Below, in pieces: positions 15,050-22,691 of a stretch of 42,018 bases of DNA. Under the pieces are notes generated by a model. It did no database searches. It saw only the letters and a program-made list of their open reading frames with translations, and was not told where the DNA came from. Source of the stretch: a virus; the IMG/VR virus record IMGVR_UViG_3300048851_000040, positions 1-42,018 of that record. One strand, 5' to 3'. Numbering within the stretch: position 1 is the first letter of the stretch; each line of letters starts with the position of its first letter. The position numbers and the translations under genes were made by a program.

Positions 15050-15635
15050 TCATATCTCCTGCTTCGAGTGCATGGGTACGGGATCGTCCGTCCCCGACTG
15101 CAGCCTTTGCAAAGGCTATCGCTCCATCAACGTGAAGACCGCCTATGCCAAGGGTTGGAAGAAGAGCGACCTAACGGATATCGAAGACGACGGCTTCTGC
15201 GAATGCCCTCAGTGCTACGATGACGCCGCAACCTGCATGTTCTGCTACGGCGAAGGTGACGTTAGCCAGTTCATCAAGGACCAGCAGCGCAACCGGGTCC
15301 TGATTACAGCGCGCGGCGGATATCGTGGTCGGATACCTCCCTGTTTCCGTCACGGCTACAACGATGGCCGGATAGAGATAGACCGCGAGATCTACCTTCT
15401 CAGCAAGGAGCACACTAGAGCGCTACGAGACGACGGGCTGATCAACTGGTTCTGCTCCGTTTTTGGCGACGAAATCTACCTGACGCCAAAGGGCGAGGAA
15501 GAAGCCCGCAAGGCTTGGCGAGAATACCGTGACCTGTGCCGTAAGTGGCTCACCCACGAGCGAGAGCGTCGCATTGAACGGCAACTGATCTCCATCATCG
15601 CTGATCAGCCGCGCGTTGCGGAGGCGGCGTTCTAA
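15039..15635 (+). CDS. DnaJ-type cysteine-rich zinc-finger protein
   Basis: 198 aa from ATG 15039 (AGGAGG 6 nt upstream). Contains CFECMGTG, CSLCKGYR, CPQC and CMFCYGEG, i.e. CxxCxGxG repeats. Confidence 0.65.
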   Translation: MRADHISCFECMGTGSSVPDCSLCKGYRSINVKTAYAKGWKKSDLTDIEDDGFCECPQCYDDAATCMFCYGEGDVSQFIKDQQRNRVLITARGGYRGRIPPCFRHGYNDGRIEIDREIYLLSKEHTRALRDDGLINWFCSVFGDEIYLTPKGEEEARKAWREYRDLCRKWLTHERERRIERQLISIIADQPRVAEAAF

Positions 15636-15811
15636 TGCGTGACCTCGGCACCTTCCCAAAAGCCTCAGCGGATCACACCCTCGTCTTCACACCGAAGACC
15701 AAAGACTTCCTCGCCGTTGTCGCAGTTTTCATCGCCGTTGTCGCGATCGGCCTCACCGTCATTGAGCTGCGCGACGGCGCGCGGCAATTCGAAATCGCGA
15801 GGAACGTCTGA
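15635..15811 (+). CDS. Small single-TM membrane protein (58 aa, not in ORF track)
   Basis: MRDLGTFPKASADHTLVFTPKTKDFLAVVAVFIAVVAIGLTVIELRDGARQFEIARNV. TAATG and TGATG overlaps at its two ends. It replaces the S/R/P-rich track ORF 15639..15827. Confidence 0.6.
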   Translation: MRDLGTFPKASADHTLVFTPKTKDFLAVVAVFIAVVAIGLTVIELRDGARQFEIARNV

Positions 15812-16020
15812 TGTCGCACGTCGCTGAGACATTCCTTGAGGCCTCAAGATTGGCCCGGAAGCTTGCCGCAGACTATCGCGTCGAAGCTCAAGAGACAACC
15901 GACGATCACCGCCGCGCAGTTTGTGAATGGGAAGCAGAGCAAGCCGACGAACGGGCTGCCTGGTATTCCGCACGGGCCGCGCTGTTCACCCCGAAACAGA
16001 AGCACAGGAAGGCAGCGTGA
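15811..16020 (+). CDS. Hypothetical protein
   Basis: 69 aa, coupled to its neighbours by overlaps at both ends. Confidence 0.55.
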   Translation: MSHVAETFLEASRLARKLAADYRVEAQETTDDHRRAVCEWEAEQADERAAWYSARAALFTPKQKHRKAA

Positions 16021-16841
16021 TGGATAATACAGCACTTTGGGATAAACTCGGCAAGACCGACCCCAGCCATACCAAAACGTTCAAACGCTCCGGCGGGTTT
16101 TCTGGGACGGCTATCAAGCCGATGTGGTCCTATCGTCGTATGACGGAGGAGTTCGGCCCATGCGGCGTCGGCTGGGGGGTTAACAGGCCTGAGTTTCAGG
16201 TTGTGCCGGCCGGGGAAGAGATCCTTGTCTTCTGCACGGTGAGCGTCTGGTACATATGCGACGCGATCACCGAAACGAAATTTAAGGACACCATATCCGA
16301 AGTCTACGGCGTGGGCGGGGACAAGGTGTCAGCCAAATTCACCAGTGGGCTTCGATCTGATGACGAAGCTTTCAAGAAAGCTTTCACGGACGCTGTGACG
16401 AACGCCCTGAAGTTGATCGGCGTCGGCGCCGACGTTCACATGGGCATGTTTGACGACAACAAGTACGTCAACACGGTTGCCAAGGAATTCGAGGAGGAAG
16501 CCAGCGTCAAGGCAAAATCCTCCGCCCAACTCAAGCGCGAAGGCGAATGGGAACGCGTCTCCAAGGAGATTGCGGAAGCCATGAACGATGTTCGCACTTT
16601 CGGGAAGTTCGAATCCCTCAAGGACAGCTACCGACGCGAAGCTAAGAAAAATGGCTGGAACGAGACGTTCATGTTCCAATTGCGCGACCTATTCGTGAGC
16701 TACGAGGCCGATGTCCAGAAGCGTGTTGACGAGGACAACGAGGCCGAAGGCGCGGTCGAGCACGAGAAAGCCTACATCGAAACCTTCGGCGGCAGGGTCG
16801 TGAACGAGCGTCACCTGTCCACCCTCGAAGCAGGAGAATAG
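16020..16841 (+). CDS. Rad52/Sak-family single-strand annealing protein
   Basis: ..GTAIKPMWSYRRMTEEFGPCGVGWG.. and ..DEAFKKAFTDAVTNALKLIGVGADV.. match the Rad52 N-terminal signature. Immediately upstream of ssb. Confidence 0.7.
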   Translation: MDNTALWDKLGKTDPSHTKTFKRSGGFSGTAIKPMWSYRRMTEEFGPCGVGWGVNRPEFQVVPAGEEILVFCTVSVWYICDAITETKFKDTISEVYGVGGDKVSAKFTSGLRSDDEAFKKAFTDAVTNALKLIGVGADVHMGMFDDNKYVNTVAKEFEEEASVKAKSSAQLKREGEWERVSKEIAEAMNDVRTFGKFESLKDSYRREAKKNGWNETFMFQLRDLFVSYEADVQKRVDEDNEAEGAVEHEKAYIETFGGRVVNERHLSTLEAGE

Positions 16842-16843
16842 CC

Positions 16844-17215
16844 ATGAAATCGATCGTCATCGCAGGGAACGTCACCAAGGACGCCGTGCAGCGCCGCACT
16901 CAGGCGGGAGAGCCTGTAGCTGGGTTCTCCGTCGCCGTGAACGATCACCGAGATAGGGACAAGACCCTGTTCTTTGACTGCTCCATCTGGGGCAAGCGGG
17001 GTGACGCTCTCGCGCCATACCTGAAGAAGGGCGCCAAGGTCTGCGTAGCCGGCGAGTTCGGTACGCGGGAGCACGAGGGCCGGACCTATCTGACGCTCAA
17101 CGCGACTGAGGTTTCCCTGATGGGCGGCACCGAGCGCCAGCAGCCATCTCGCCAGCCCGATGACGGAGACAGCTACGGCAATCGTGACGCCGACCTGGAC
17201 TCGATCCCCTTTTGA
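16844..17215 (+). CDS. ssb: Single-stranded DNA-binding protein
   Basis: OB-fold pattern (IAGNVTKD...FFDCSIWGKRGDAL..YLKKG..V.V.G) and an acidic tail DADLDSIPF. Confidence 0.9.
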   Translation: MKSIVIAGNVTKDAVQRRTQAGEPVAGFSVAVNDHRDRDKTLFFDCSIWGKRGDALAPYLKKGAKVCVAGEFGTREHEGRTYLTLNATEVSLMGGTERQQPSRQPDDGDSYGNRDADLDSIPF

Positions 17216-17227
17216 TGGAGGCCTGAC

Positions 17228-17647
17228 ATGGCGAAGAGCGAGCAGCCCCAGATTTACGTCCAGCGCCGCGGTTCCTACCTCGTGCCAGAAATGGCCGCCG
17301 ATAAGGATCTGATCGAACGCCTAGCCATCGGCCAGCGCATCAAGGTCACGGTCACTGAGGGGCGCTCGCCGGCCAAGCTTCGATTGTATTGGGCGTATCT
17401 CGGGCGCGTCGTAAAAGCCTGTCACTGCGCACCATCGGCAGAATCCCTGCACGATGTCGTCAAGCTCCATACGGGGTTCGTGACGCCAGTCATGGTCAAG
17501 GGCTTCACCGTGGCTGTCCCTAAGTCCATCAGCTTCTCCAGCATGACAGAGAGCGAGTTTGACGACTTCCTCGCCACCTCCGAGCGCTGGATCATCGAAA
17601 CCTACGGCATCAGCATCAAAGATGCCTTCGAGGAGCAAGCAGCATGA
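17228..17647 (+). CDS. NinB/Orf-like recombination mediator (tentative)
   Basis: ..RIKVTVTEGRSPAKLRLYWAYLGRVV.. parallels lambda NinB ..VVTIQERNRSLDQNRKLWACLGDVS.. Sits beside the annealase and SSB. Confidence 0.45.
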   Translation: MAKSEQPQIYVQRRGSYLVPEMAADKDLIERLAIGQRIKVTVTEGRSPAKLRLYWAYLGRVVKACHCAPSAESLHDVVKLHTGFVTPVMVKGFTVAVPKSISFSSMTESEFDDFLATSERWIIETYGISIKDAFEEQAA

Positions 17648-17826
17648 CCACCATACGCGTCAAGGCCTACGAGCGCAGCAAGCCTGAGAAGAAGCCGGAT
17701 CCGTTGCAGCGCGAAATCGAGGCGCGGAAGGCTGTTCTGCTCGGCCGGTATTTGCCAGTCCCGAAACGGGAGCAATCGAAGCTGCGCCGGACGCTGTTCT
17801 GGCTTGGCCGGATATGGAGCGCGTGA
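17644..17826 (+). CDS. Small basic hypothetical protein
   Basis: 60 aa with an ATGA overlap. Confidence 0.45.
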   Translation: MTTIRVKAYERSKPEKKPDPLQREIEARKAVLLGRYLPVPKREQSKLRRTLFWLGRIWSA

Positions 17827-18080
17827 TGTGGACCCCGTACCAGATCAGAATAATCCTGCATCATCACACGACGAGGTCAGAGTTCCCGGAGAACCACACG
17901 AAGCTTTTTGCTGAGACGATCGCTCGTTTCGTAGACGAAGGTCTGCTGCAGCGTGACGACGAAGGACTGGTCGTTACCACCGCCAAAGCCTCCGCTCTCA
18001 TAGACCTGTGGCGATCCACGCCAGTCCCTGTGATGAAGTGGGTAGACCCACGCTTTGAGGAGGCCACCGATGGCCCGTAA
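17826..18080 (+). CDS. Hypothetical protein
   Basis: The start is taken at the TGATG overlap (MWTPYQIRIILHHH...), with GGAG 7 nt upstream. Confidence 0.55.
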   Translation: MWTPYQIRIILHHHTTRSEFPENHTKLFAETIARFVDEGLLQRDDEGLVVTTAKASALIDLWRSTPVPVMKWVDPRFEEATDGP

Positions 18081-18387
18081 GCACTTCTCCAGAACCGAGC
18101 GCGTTCGCCTCTTCGACCTTCACGGCGGCGCCTGCCACATCTGCCAAGAGAAAATCAGGGTCGGCGAGGCTTGGGAACTTGAGCATATAGTCGCTTGGGA
18201 ACTGACCCGCGATGACAGCGACGGGAACGTTAAGCCGGCCCACAAGGACTGTCACAAAACGAAGACGGCGGTCGATGTCGCCAACATCCGCAAGGCGGAT
18301 CGTATCCGGGCGAAGCATATCGGCGCTTGGCCTCAGTCAAAAGCGAAAATCAAGAGCGCGGGATTCCGCAAGTCGAGGGACCAATGA
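18070..18387 (+). CDS. HNH endonuclease
   Basis: ..GGACHICQEKI...ELEHIVAWEL...NVKPAHKDCHKTKT.. GAGGAGG lies upstream of ATG 18070. Confidence 0.8.
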   Translation: MARKHFSRTERVRLFDLHGGACHICQEKIRVGEAWELEHIVAWELTRDDSDGNVKPAHKDCHKTKTAVDVANIRKADRIRAKHIGAWPQSKAKIKSAGFRKSRDQ

Positions 18388-18578
18388 CCAACCTGCAGAA
18401 ACTCCGTGATCTCCTCCTGGACCTCACCTATTCCGAAATGATGATCTTCGCGTCCAAGTTCGCGGATACCGAAAAGGACGACAGTCAACCTATCAACGAT
18501 GGCTCTTTCTGGGCATTCGTCATCAATGACTGGGCAACCCACGTCGAACTTCCCGAAGACGAGGAGCAGCAGCCATGA
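18384..18578 (+). CDS. Small acidic hypothetical protein
   Basis: 64 aa from the ATGA overlap. Confidence 0.5.
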   Translation: MTNLQKLRDLLLDLTYSEMMIFASKFADTEKDDSQPINDGSFWAFVINDWATHVELPEDEEQQP

Positions 18579-18874
18579 CAGCAGACCATATCATAGAGAA
18601 TATCACGGCCCAAATGATCAGAGATACGGCCGGCTGGTCTCAGTCCGAGCATGATCTTCGCGACACTCTTCGCCTTGCAGCCGTGGCCCTCGAAGCAGCC
18701 GAAGCCGAAAGAGATGCGCTGCGGAAGGCGCTGCAACCGTTCGCCGCGGCGGCCGAAAATCTGGACGAAGACCACAGGGACAATAGCCCGATCTGGGAAA
18801 CGCCGGCCGCCATGGGCATCGACGCCGTCCACCTCCGCCGCGCCCGCACTCTCGCAGGAGACAATCATGAGTAA
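18575..18874 (+). CDS. Hypothetical protein
   Basis: 99 aa with an ATGA overlap. Confidence 0.55.
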   Translation: MTADHIIENITAQMIRDTAGWSQSEHDLRDTLRLAAVALEAAEAERDALRKALQPFAAAAENLDEDHRDNSPIWETPAAMGIDAVHLRRARTLAGDNHE

Positions 18875-19274
18875 GACGCCGATCACCGAAGAAGATATCG
18901 AAGCGGCTTTTGACAAGTGGTTTGATGCTGGTGAAGCTTTGTCGGACAAGAGCGCCTTTCGCGCTGGGTTCCTGTCATGCTGGTCCTCAGTGCGGCGTTC
19001 ATCAGGACCCCTCGTCCAAGCCGCCCTCCAGTCAGCGGCAGACACACCAGCGCTATACCAGCTTGAGCTGGAGGACGGGACTATCGAGCACATCGCCGGA
19101 TGCTTCGGAAACATTATCGAAAGCAATGGCGTGCGCGTCGTGAAGAAAACGCCATTGTATCTGCACCCGCCTGCGTCTCAACCGAATGTGGAGCCGGGAA
19201 GCTTTGGGATCGAGGATAGCCGCATCGCCTACCAACGCGACCATCTTCCCCCTTCCAAGGTAAGGGAGGAGTAG
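18867..19274 (+). CDS. Hypothetical protein
   Basis: 135 aa from the internal ATG (AGGAG 7 nt upstream). Confidence 0.55.
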   Translation: MSKTPITEEDIEAAFDKWFDAGEALSDKSAFRAGFLSCWSSVRRSSGPLVQAALQSAADTPALYQLELEDGTIEHIAGCFGNIIESNGVRVVKKTPLYLHPPASQPNVEPGSFGIEDSRIAYQRDHLPPSKVREE

Positions 19275-19586
19275 ATGAGAGACATCGTTGAACGGCTGAG
19301 GAAAGTCGGTCACATTGATTTCGCTTTGATGGATGAAGCCGCCACTCACATTGAGGCCCTTGATTCCGATCTAGCGAAGGCGCGCGAGACCAACCGGAAA
19401 CTCAACCGCCGTCTTCAGCTTGCGGAGGCTATTCGTCAATCCGCTGATGATTATCTAACGGGCTGGATAAAAGCGATTTCGCGCCCAGCCAGGCGGCGTG
19501 AACGCATGCTTATACAGGTGATCCTCAGAGATATTCAGCGGCGCGTCGTCAAGATGAATGACCGCATTTCGCGAGAGGAGGAGTAG
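19275..19586 (+). CDS. Hypothetical coiled-coil protein
   Basis: 103 aa. Confidence 0.55.
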   Translation: MRDIVERLRKVGHIDFALMDEAATHIEALDSDLAKARETNRKLNRRLQLAEAIRQSADDYLTGWIKAISRPARRRERMLIQVILRDIQRRVVKMNDRISREEE

Positions 19587-19853
19587 ATGACAGCTCCGGC
19601 TCTCCCATACTGGCCCGCTGCAATGGACCTGAAGACGGCCGCGGCATATTGCGGCTGTTGCGCCGATACGTTCAAGAAGGTCTGCCCCGTAAAACCGCTG
19701 CGATTCACGGAATCCACAAGGGGCGAAAGATATCTCCGCCAACGCCTCGACGAATGGCTGGATAAACTCGATCCAAACAAGCAGGATGCTTCCCCGAAGC
19801 GCAGTCTGGTGGAGCGTCTATATGGTGGTCAAAGTGAAGCTCGAAGGGCTTAA
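19587..19853 (+). CDS. xis: Excisionase / AlpA-type HTH protein
   Basis: ..WPAAMDLKTAAAYCGCCADTFKK...RYLRQRLDEWLDKL.. Immediately upstream of, and overlapping, int. Confidence 0.65.
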   Translation: MTAPALPYWPAAMDLKTAAAYCGCCADTFKKVCPVKPLRFTESTRGERYLRQRLDEWLDKLDPNKQDASPKRSLVERLYGGQSEARRA

Positions 19854-20889
19854 CGTCGTTCAGGCGCGCGGGAAATGGTATGTCTATGTCCGCGACACCA
19901 AGGAAAAGCTGATCGGCGGCTTCGTCGGGAGCCGAGATGACCTGATAAAGCGCATGGAGATGCCTGACTTCATCGCGGCCTACAATGCCCGCAGGATAAG
20001 AGACCTGAAGCGGACATATCCTGACGGGACGCTCGGCGCTCTGGTCGAGTGGTTCGAGAGCGAATGTCCGAAGTACCAGACGTTGGCAGAGGCCACCAAG
20101 ACGCAATACAGCAACGCTTTCCGCTACCTTCGTCCGGCATTCGATATAGAACTGTCGGATATTTCCCAATCGGATCTTTACGACTTGCGCGACAAATGCG
20201 CCATGGAAAAATGGCCTCGATTTGCCGACCTGATGATATCGGCGCTGTCCTCCATGTTCAGCCAGGCGGTCAAACGCCGGAAGATGCGTGGGAACCCAGC
20301 CCTCGGCATGGACAAATGCCACAAGGCAGACCCGAATGCCAATCGCGAATGGCAGGCCCACGAATGGGAATACGTTTCAACGAACGCGCCCGCCTACCTC
20401 CTCACGCCGATGATGATCGCTCGACATGCCGGATACCGCGGGCAGACGATCGTCAAGCTCCGCTGGCAGAACTACCAGGCCGACGCAGCTTTCGGGAAAT
20501 GCTTCCGAGTGGTTACCCGCAAGAACGATGAGCAGACATGGATACCGGCAACGCCTGAACTGCAGACGTATCTCGACGGCCTCGACAAGACGGCTCTGGA
20601 GATCTGCACACGGCAGGACGGGACGCCATGGGAGTCGGAAGTGCAGATGCAGACGGCGGTCAGCCACTATCTGCGGGATCTGGAAAGCGAGGGGAAGATA
20701 GGTGCCGGGACAACCCTGCACGGGCTGCGCACGAGCTACGCTGCGGGCCTCAGACGCTCAGGCGCGGATGCGGGAGACGTTGCGGCGGCGTTGGGGGACA
20801 AGTCGGAGAGGATGGGCGCCCACTACACGCGGCATGTAGAGAAAGAGGCGCGGGTGATCAGAGCTTTCGAAGGAAAAAAGAAGCCCTGA
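19822..20889 (+). CDS. int: Tyrosine integrase
   Basis: ..ARHAGYRGQT.. (Arg), ..LHGLRTSYA.. (HxxR), ..MGAHYTRH.. (Tyr). The ATG at 19822 has GGAG 8 nt upstream. Confidence 0.9.
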   Translation: MVVKVKLEGLNVVQARGKWYVYVRDTKEKLIGGFVGSRDDLIKRMEMPDFIAAYNARRIRDLKRTYPDGTLGALVEWFESECPKYQTLAEATKTQYSNAFRYLRPAFDIELSDISQSDLYDLRDKCAMEKWPRFADLMISALSSMFSQAVKRRKMRGNPALGMDKCHKADPNANREWQAHEWEYVSTNAPAYLLTPMMIARHAGYRGQTIVKLRWQNYQADAAFGKCFRVVTRKNDEQTWIPATPELQTYLDGLDKTALEICTRQDGTPWESEVQMQTAVSHYLRDLESEGKIGAGTTLHGLRTSYAAGLRRSGADAGDVAAALGDKSERMGAHYTRHVEKEARVIRAFEGKKKP

Positions 20890-20892
20890 AAT

Positions 20893-20905
20893 GTTTTGCA
20901 AATCT
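20893..20905 (+). repeat. Arm-type repeat GTTTTGCAAATCT
   Basis: Read directly. Related copies at 21068..21080 and 21089..21102. Confidence 0.6.
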
Positions 20906-20983
20906 CATTTTGTTCCGTCGTTTTCAGTAGCCTAAATAACTTGCGTTTGCAGAGATAGATGAGTGAAAACAATGGAGCCAACT

Positions 20984-21024
20984 GATTTTAAGTCTCTTGC
21001 GTCTACCAGTTTCGCCACGTCCGC
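20984..21024 (-). other. tRNA-Leu(UAA) 5' half fragment (acceptor 5' strand, D-arm, anticodon stem 5' strand and loop), probable att core
   Basis: The minus strand reads GCGGACG TG GCG AAACTGGTAGA CGC A AGAGA CTTAAAA TC. This is a class-II tRNA D-arm with anticodon loop CUUAAAA. Similarity stops 2 nt into the 3' anticodon stem, and no T-arm or 3' half follows. Confidence 0.7.
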
Positions 21025-21067
21025 GCCGAAGTCTTTTCAACGGGTTATGTGGAAAAAGCAATAGGGT

Positions 21068-21080
21068 GTTTTGCAGGCTT
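21068..21080 (+). repeat. Arm-type repeat GTTTTGCAGGCTT
   Basis: Read directly. Confidence 0.5.
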
Positions 21081-21088
21081 TCTTTCGC

Positions 21089-21102
21089 GTTTTGCAAAAT
21101 CT
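21089..21102 (+). repeat. Arm-type repeat GTTTTGCAAAATCT
   Basis: Read directly. Confidence 0.6.
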
Positions 21103-21192
21103 GTTCATTGGGCGTTCCAGCGAGAAGAAACAGATTTACATGTTTATCAATAAATGCAATTGTATAAACGTTATAAACATTAGGAACCACAT

Positions 21193-21411
21193 ATGGACCC
21201 GGAACCAGAGCTGAAAGACCAGCGCGTAACGATCATGATGACCAAGAGCGAGCTTGCGTTGATCGACGACTGGATGTTCGCCAACCGCATACGGTCACGA
21301 GGGGAAGCCATTAGGCAGATGTGCCGGAAGGTTCTGCTCAAGGACTTGAAGACAATCCGCGAGGCGCAGTTGCACAAGCTGGCTTTCGGAGATGACGATC
21401 GAGAGGATTAA
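21193..21411 (+). CDS. Ribbon-helix-helix (Arc/CopG-type) DNA-binding protein
   Basis: ..QRVTIMMTKSELALIDDWMFANRIRSRGEAIRQM.. is a typical RHH strand-helix-helix pattern. Confidence 0.7.
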   Translation: MDPEPELKDQRVTIMMTKSELALIDDWMFANRIRSRGEAIRQMCRKVLLKDLKTIREAQLHKLAFGDDDRED

Positions 21412-21537
21412 ATGGACGCCTTCTATCGCCTCGGCATTGGCTTCTGCCTCGGCAACATGGTCGCAGACAATCAATGGTGGGGAGCGGCCTTCGTGCTGGG
21501 GGCATATGTCGCCACTACCACTTACTACCACCACTAG
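21412..21537 (+). CDS. Tiny hydrophobic peptide (41 aa, not in ORF track)
   Basis: MDAFYRLGIGFCLGNMVADNQWWGAAFVLGAYVATTTYYHH. The ATG immediately follows the RHH stop, and it ends 9 nt before the next gene, within that gene's RBS region. Confidence 0.45.
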   Translation: MDAFYRLGIGFCLGNMVADNQWWGAAFVLGAYVATTTYYHH

Positions 21538-21546
21538 GAGAAGAGA

Positions 21547-21915
21547 ATGAGAGTGCTTGTTTGCGGTGGGAGAGATTATAACGACAGGGCTGTCCTGTGG
21601 TACAGGCTAGACAGCCTAGGTCCGCCGGAGGTCTCCGCCATAATAAGCGGAATGGCACCGGGAGCGGATTCGCTGGCTGCTGAATGGGCAAAGCGGTTCG
21701 GGTTTCCGCTACATGCCTTCCCCGCCGATTGGAAGAAGCATGGGAAAGCAGCCGGACCGATCCGTAATCAGAGGATGCTTGACGAGGGGAAGCCAGATGT
21801 CGTGCTCGCCTTCCCGGGCGGCCGGGGTACGGCCGATATGATACGACGCGCTGAAGCGACAGGCGTAAAGGTCGTGCGGGTGCCGGCCAAGCTACAGGAA
21901 GGGAATACGGAATGA
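21547..21915 (+). CDS. DUF2493 / SLOG (LOG-DprA-like) family protein
   Basis: [11 protein letters not shown]...[16 protein letters not shown]...[20 protein letters not shown]...[16 protein letters not shown] is upstream. Confidence 0.7.
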   Translation: MRVLVCGGRDYNDRAVLWYRLDSLGPPEVSAIISGMAPGADSLAAEWAKRFGFPLHAFPADWKKHGKAAGPIRNQRMLDEGKPDVVLAFPGGRGTADMIRRAEATGVKVVRVPAKLQEGNTE

Positions 21916-22148
21916 GTGAGATGAGCAAGGTCGAGGAAGTCGCGCGGGCTATCTGCGCTGAAAATTGCGAGGATTATGATATGCTGCCAAGCATCCACAA
22001 GAGTGTGGCACGGGCGGCAATCGAGGCCCTGAGGAAGCCCACGGAGGCAATGATCGAGGCCGGCAATGAACAGGAACGTTACGACGAAGGAAGCGCTGGA
22101 GCGGAATTGCACTGGCAGGTCATGATCGACGCGGCTCTGAAGGAGTAG
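21912..22148 (+). CDS. Hypothetical protein
   Basis: 78 aa with an ATGA overlap. Confidence 0.6.
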   Translation: MSEMSKVEEVARAICAENCEDYDMLPSIHKSVARAAIEALRKPTEAMIEAGNEQERYDEGSAGAELHWQVMIDAALKE

Positions 22149-22151
22149 GAC

Positions 22152-22322
22152 ATGAGATTTGATGACGTCATGTTATTGCTCGGGAGCGGCGTTAATATCT
22201 TGGCCGCGGTGACGGTGCCATACTTTTGGGCTTCCTCGATTTCATTATTCGCGGCCGGGATGCTGTTCGGGATAGCCATGGTATCTATGGCGCTTTACCG
22301 CAGCGAAAGGAGTAGACGATGA
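22152..22322 (+). CDS. Small two-TM membrane protein (56 aa, not in ORF track)
   Basis: MRFDDVMLLLGSGVNILAAVTVPYFWASSISLFAAGMLFGIAMVSMALYRSERSRR. Its stop overlaps the next ATG. Confidence 0.5.
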   Translation: MRFDDVMLLLGSGVNILAAVTVPYFWASSISLFAAGMLFGIAMVSMALYRSERSRR

Positions 22323-22654
22323 GCGAACCAGAAGAATTATCCGAATATGGGCAGCCTGTTGTCCGGGCGCAGCTTGACCGGATTGTCATCGAGCCGCGCG
22401 AACCGCTCCCCAAGGAATTCGTGCGGGGCTTGGGAACGGTGACGGTCACCTTCGACAATTTTGTCCCGCCTTCGAACTGGCAGGAACCGAATTTCGAAGA
22501 GATCTACAAGCCAGGCTATGGAGCTCTAGTCCACGAGTGGCGAGGATACGCAACGAGCGAGATCATTGCTCTGTGGCCGACATTCACGGACATCCAGAAG
22601 CAAGCCATCGCCGAGATGCTTGATGGGATCGCCAGCAACGAGAGATGGGACTGA
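22319..22654 (+). CDS. Hypothetical protein
   Basis: 111 aa, with AGGAG 7 nt upstream. Confidence 0.6.
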   Translation: MSEPEELSEYGQPVVRAQLDRIVIEPREPLPKEFVRGLGTVTVTFDNFVPPSNWQEPNFEEIYKPGYGALVHEWRGYATSEIIALWPTFTDIQKQAIAEMLDGIASNERWD

Positions 22655-22691
22655 CTGCGGCTCCGCTTGCCTATTGGGCTGGTTGGTTAGG

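Larger units (their letters stand above)
20890..21192. promoter_or_regulatory. attP-like AT-rich region with arm-type repeats and tRNA-derived core
   Basis: Immediately downstream of int and the lowest-GC stretch of the window. Three same-orientation GTTTTGCA repeats flank a tRNA-Leu fragment. Confidence 0.65.

Noticed and set aside
15639-15827. Listed 62-aa ORF (MTSAPSQKPQRITPSSSHRR...).
   Set aside because: It is a Ser/Pro/Arg-rich frame. An alternative frame (15635..15811) gives a TM protein with overlaps at both ends.
20924-21190. 88-aa minus-strand ORF across the attP region.
   Set aside because: It sits in the AT-rich region containing the tRNA fragment and arm repeats. The sequence is low-complexity and basic, with no RBS, so it is most likely non-coding.
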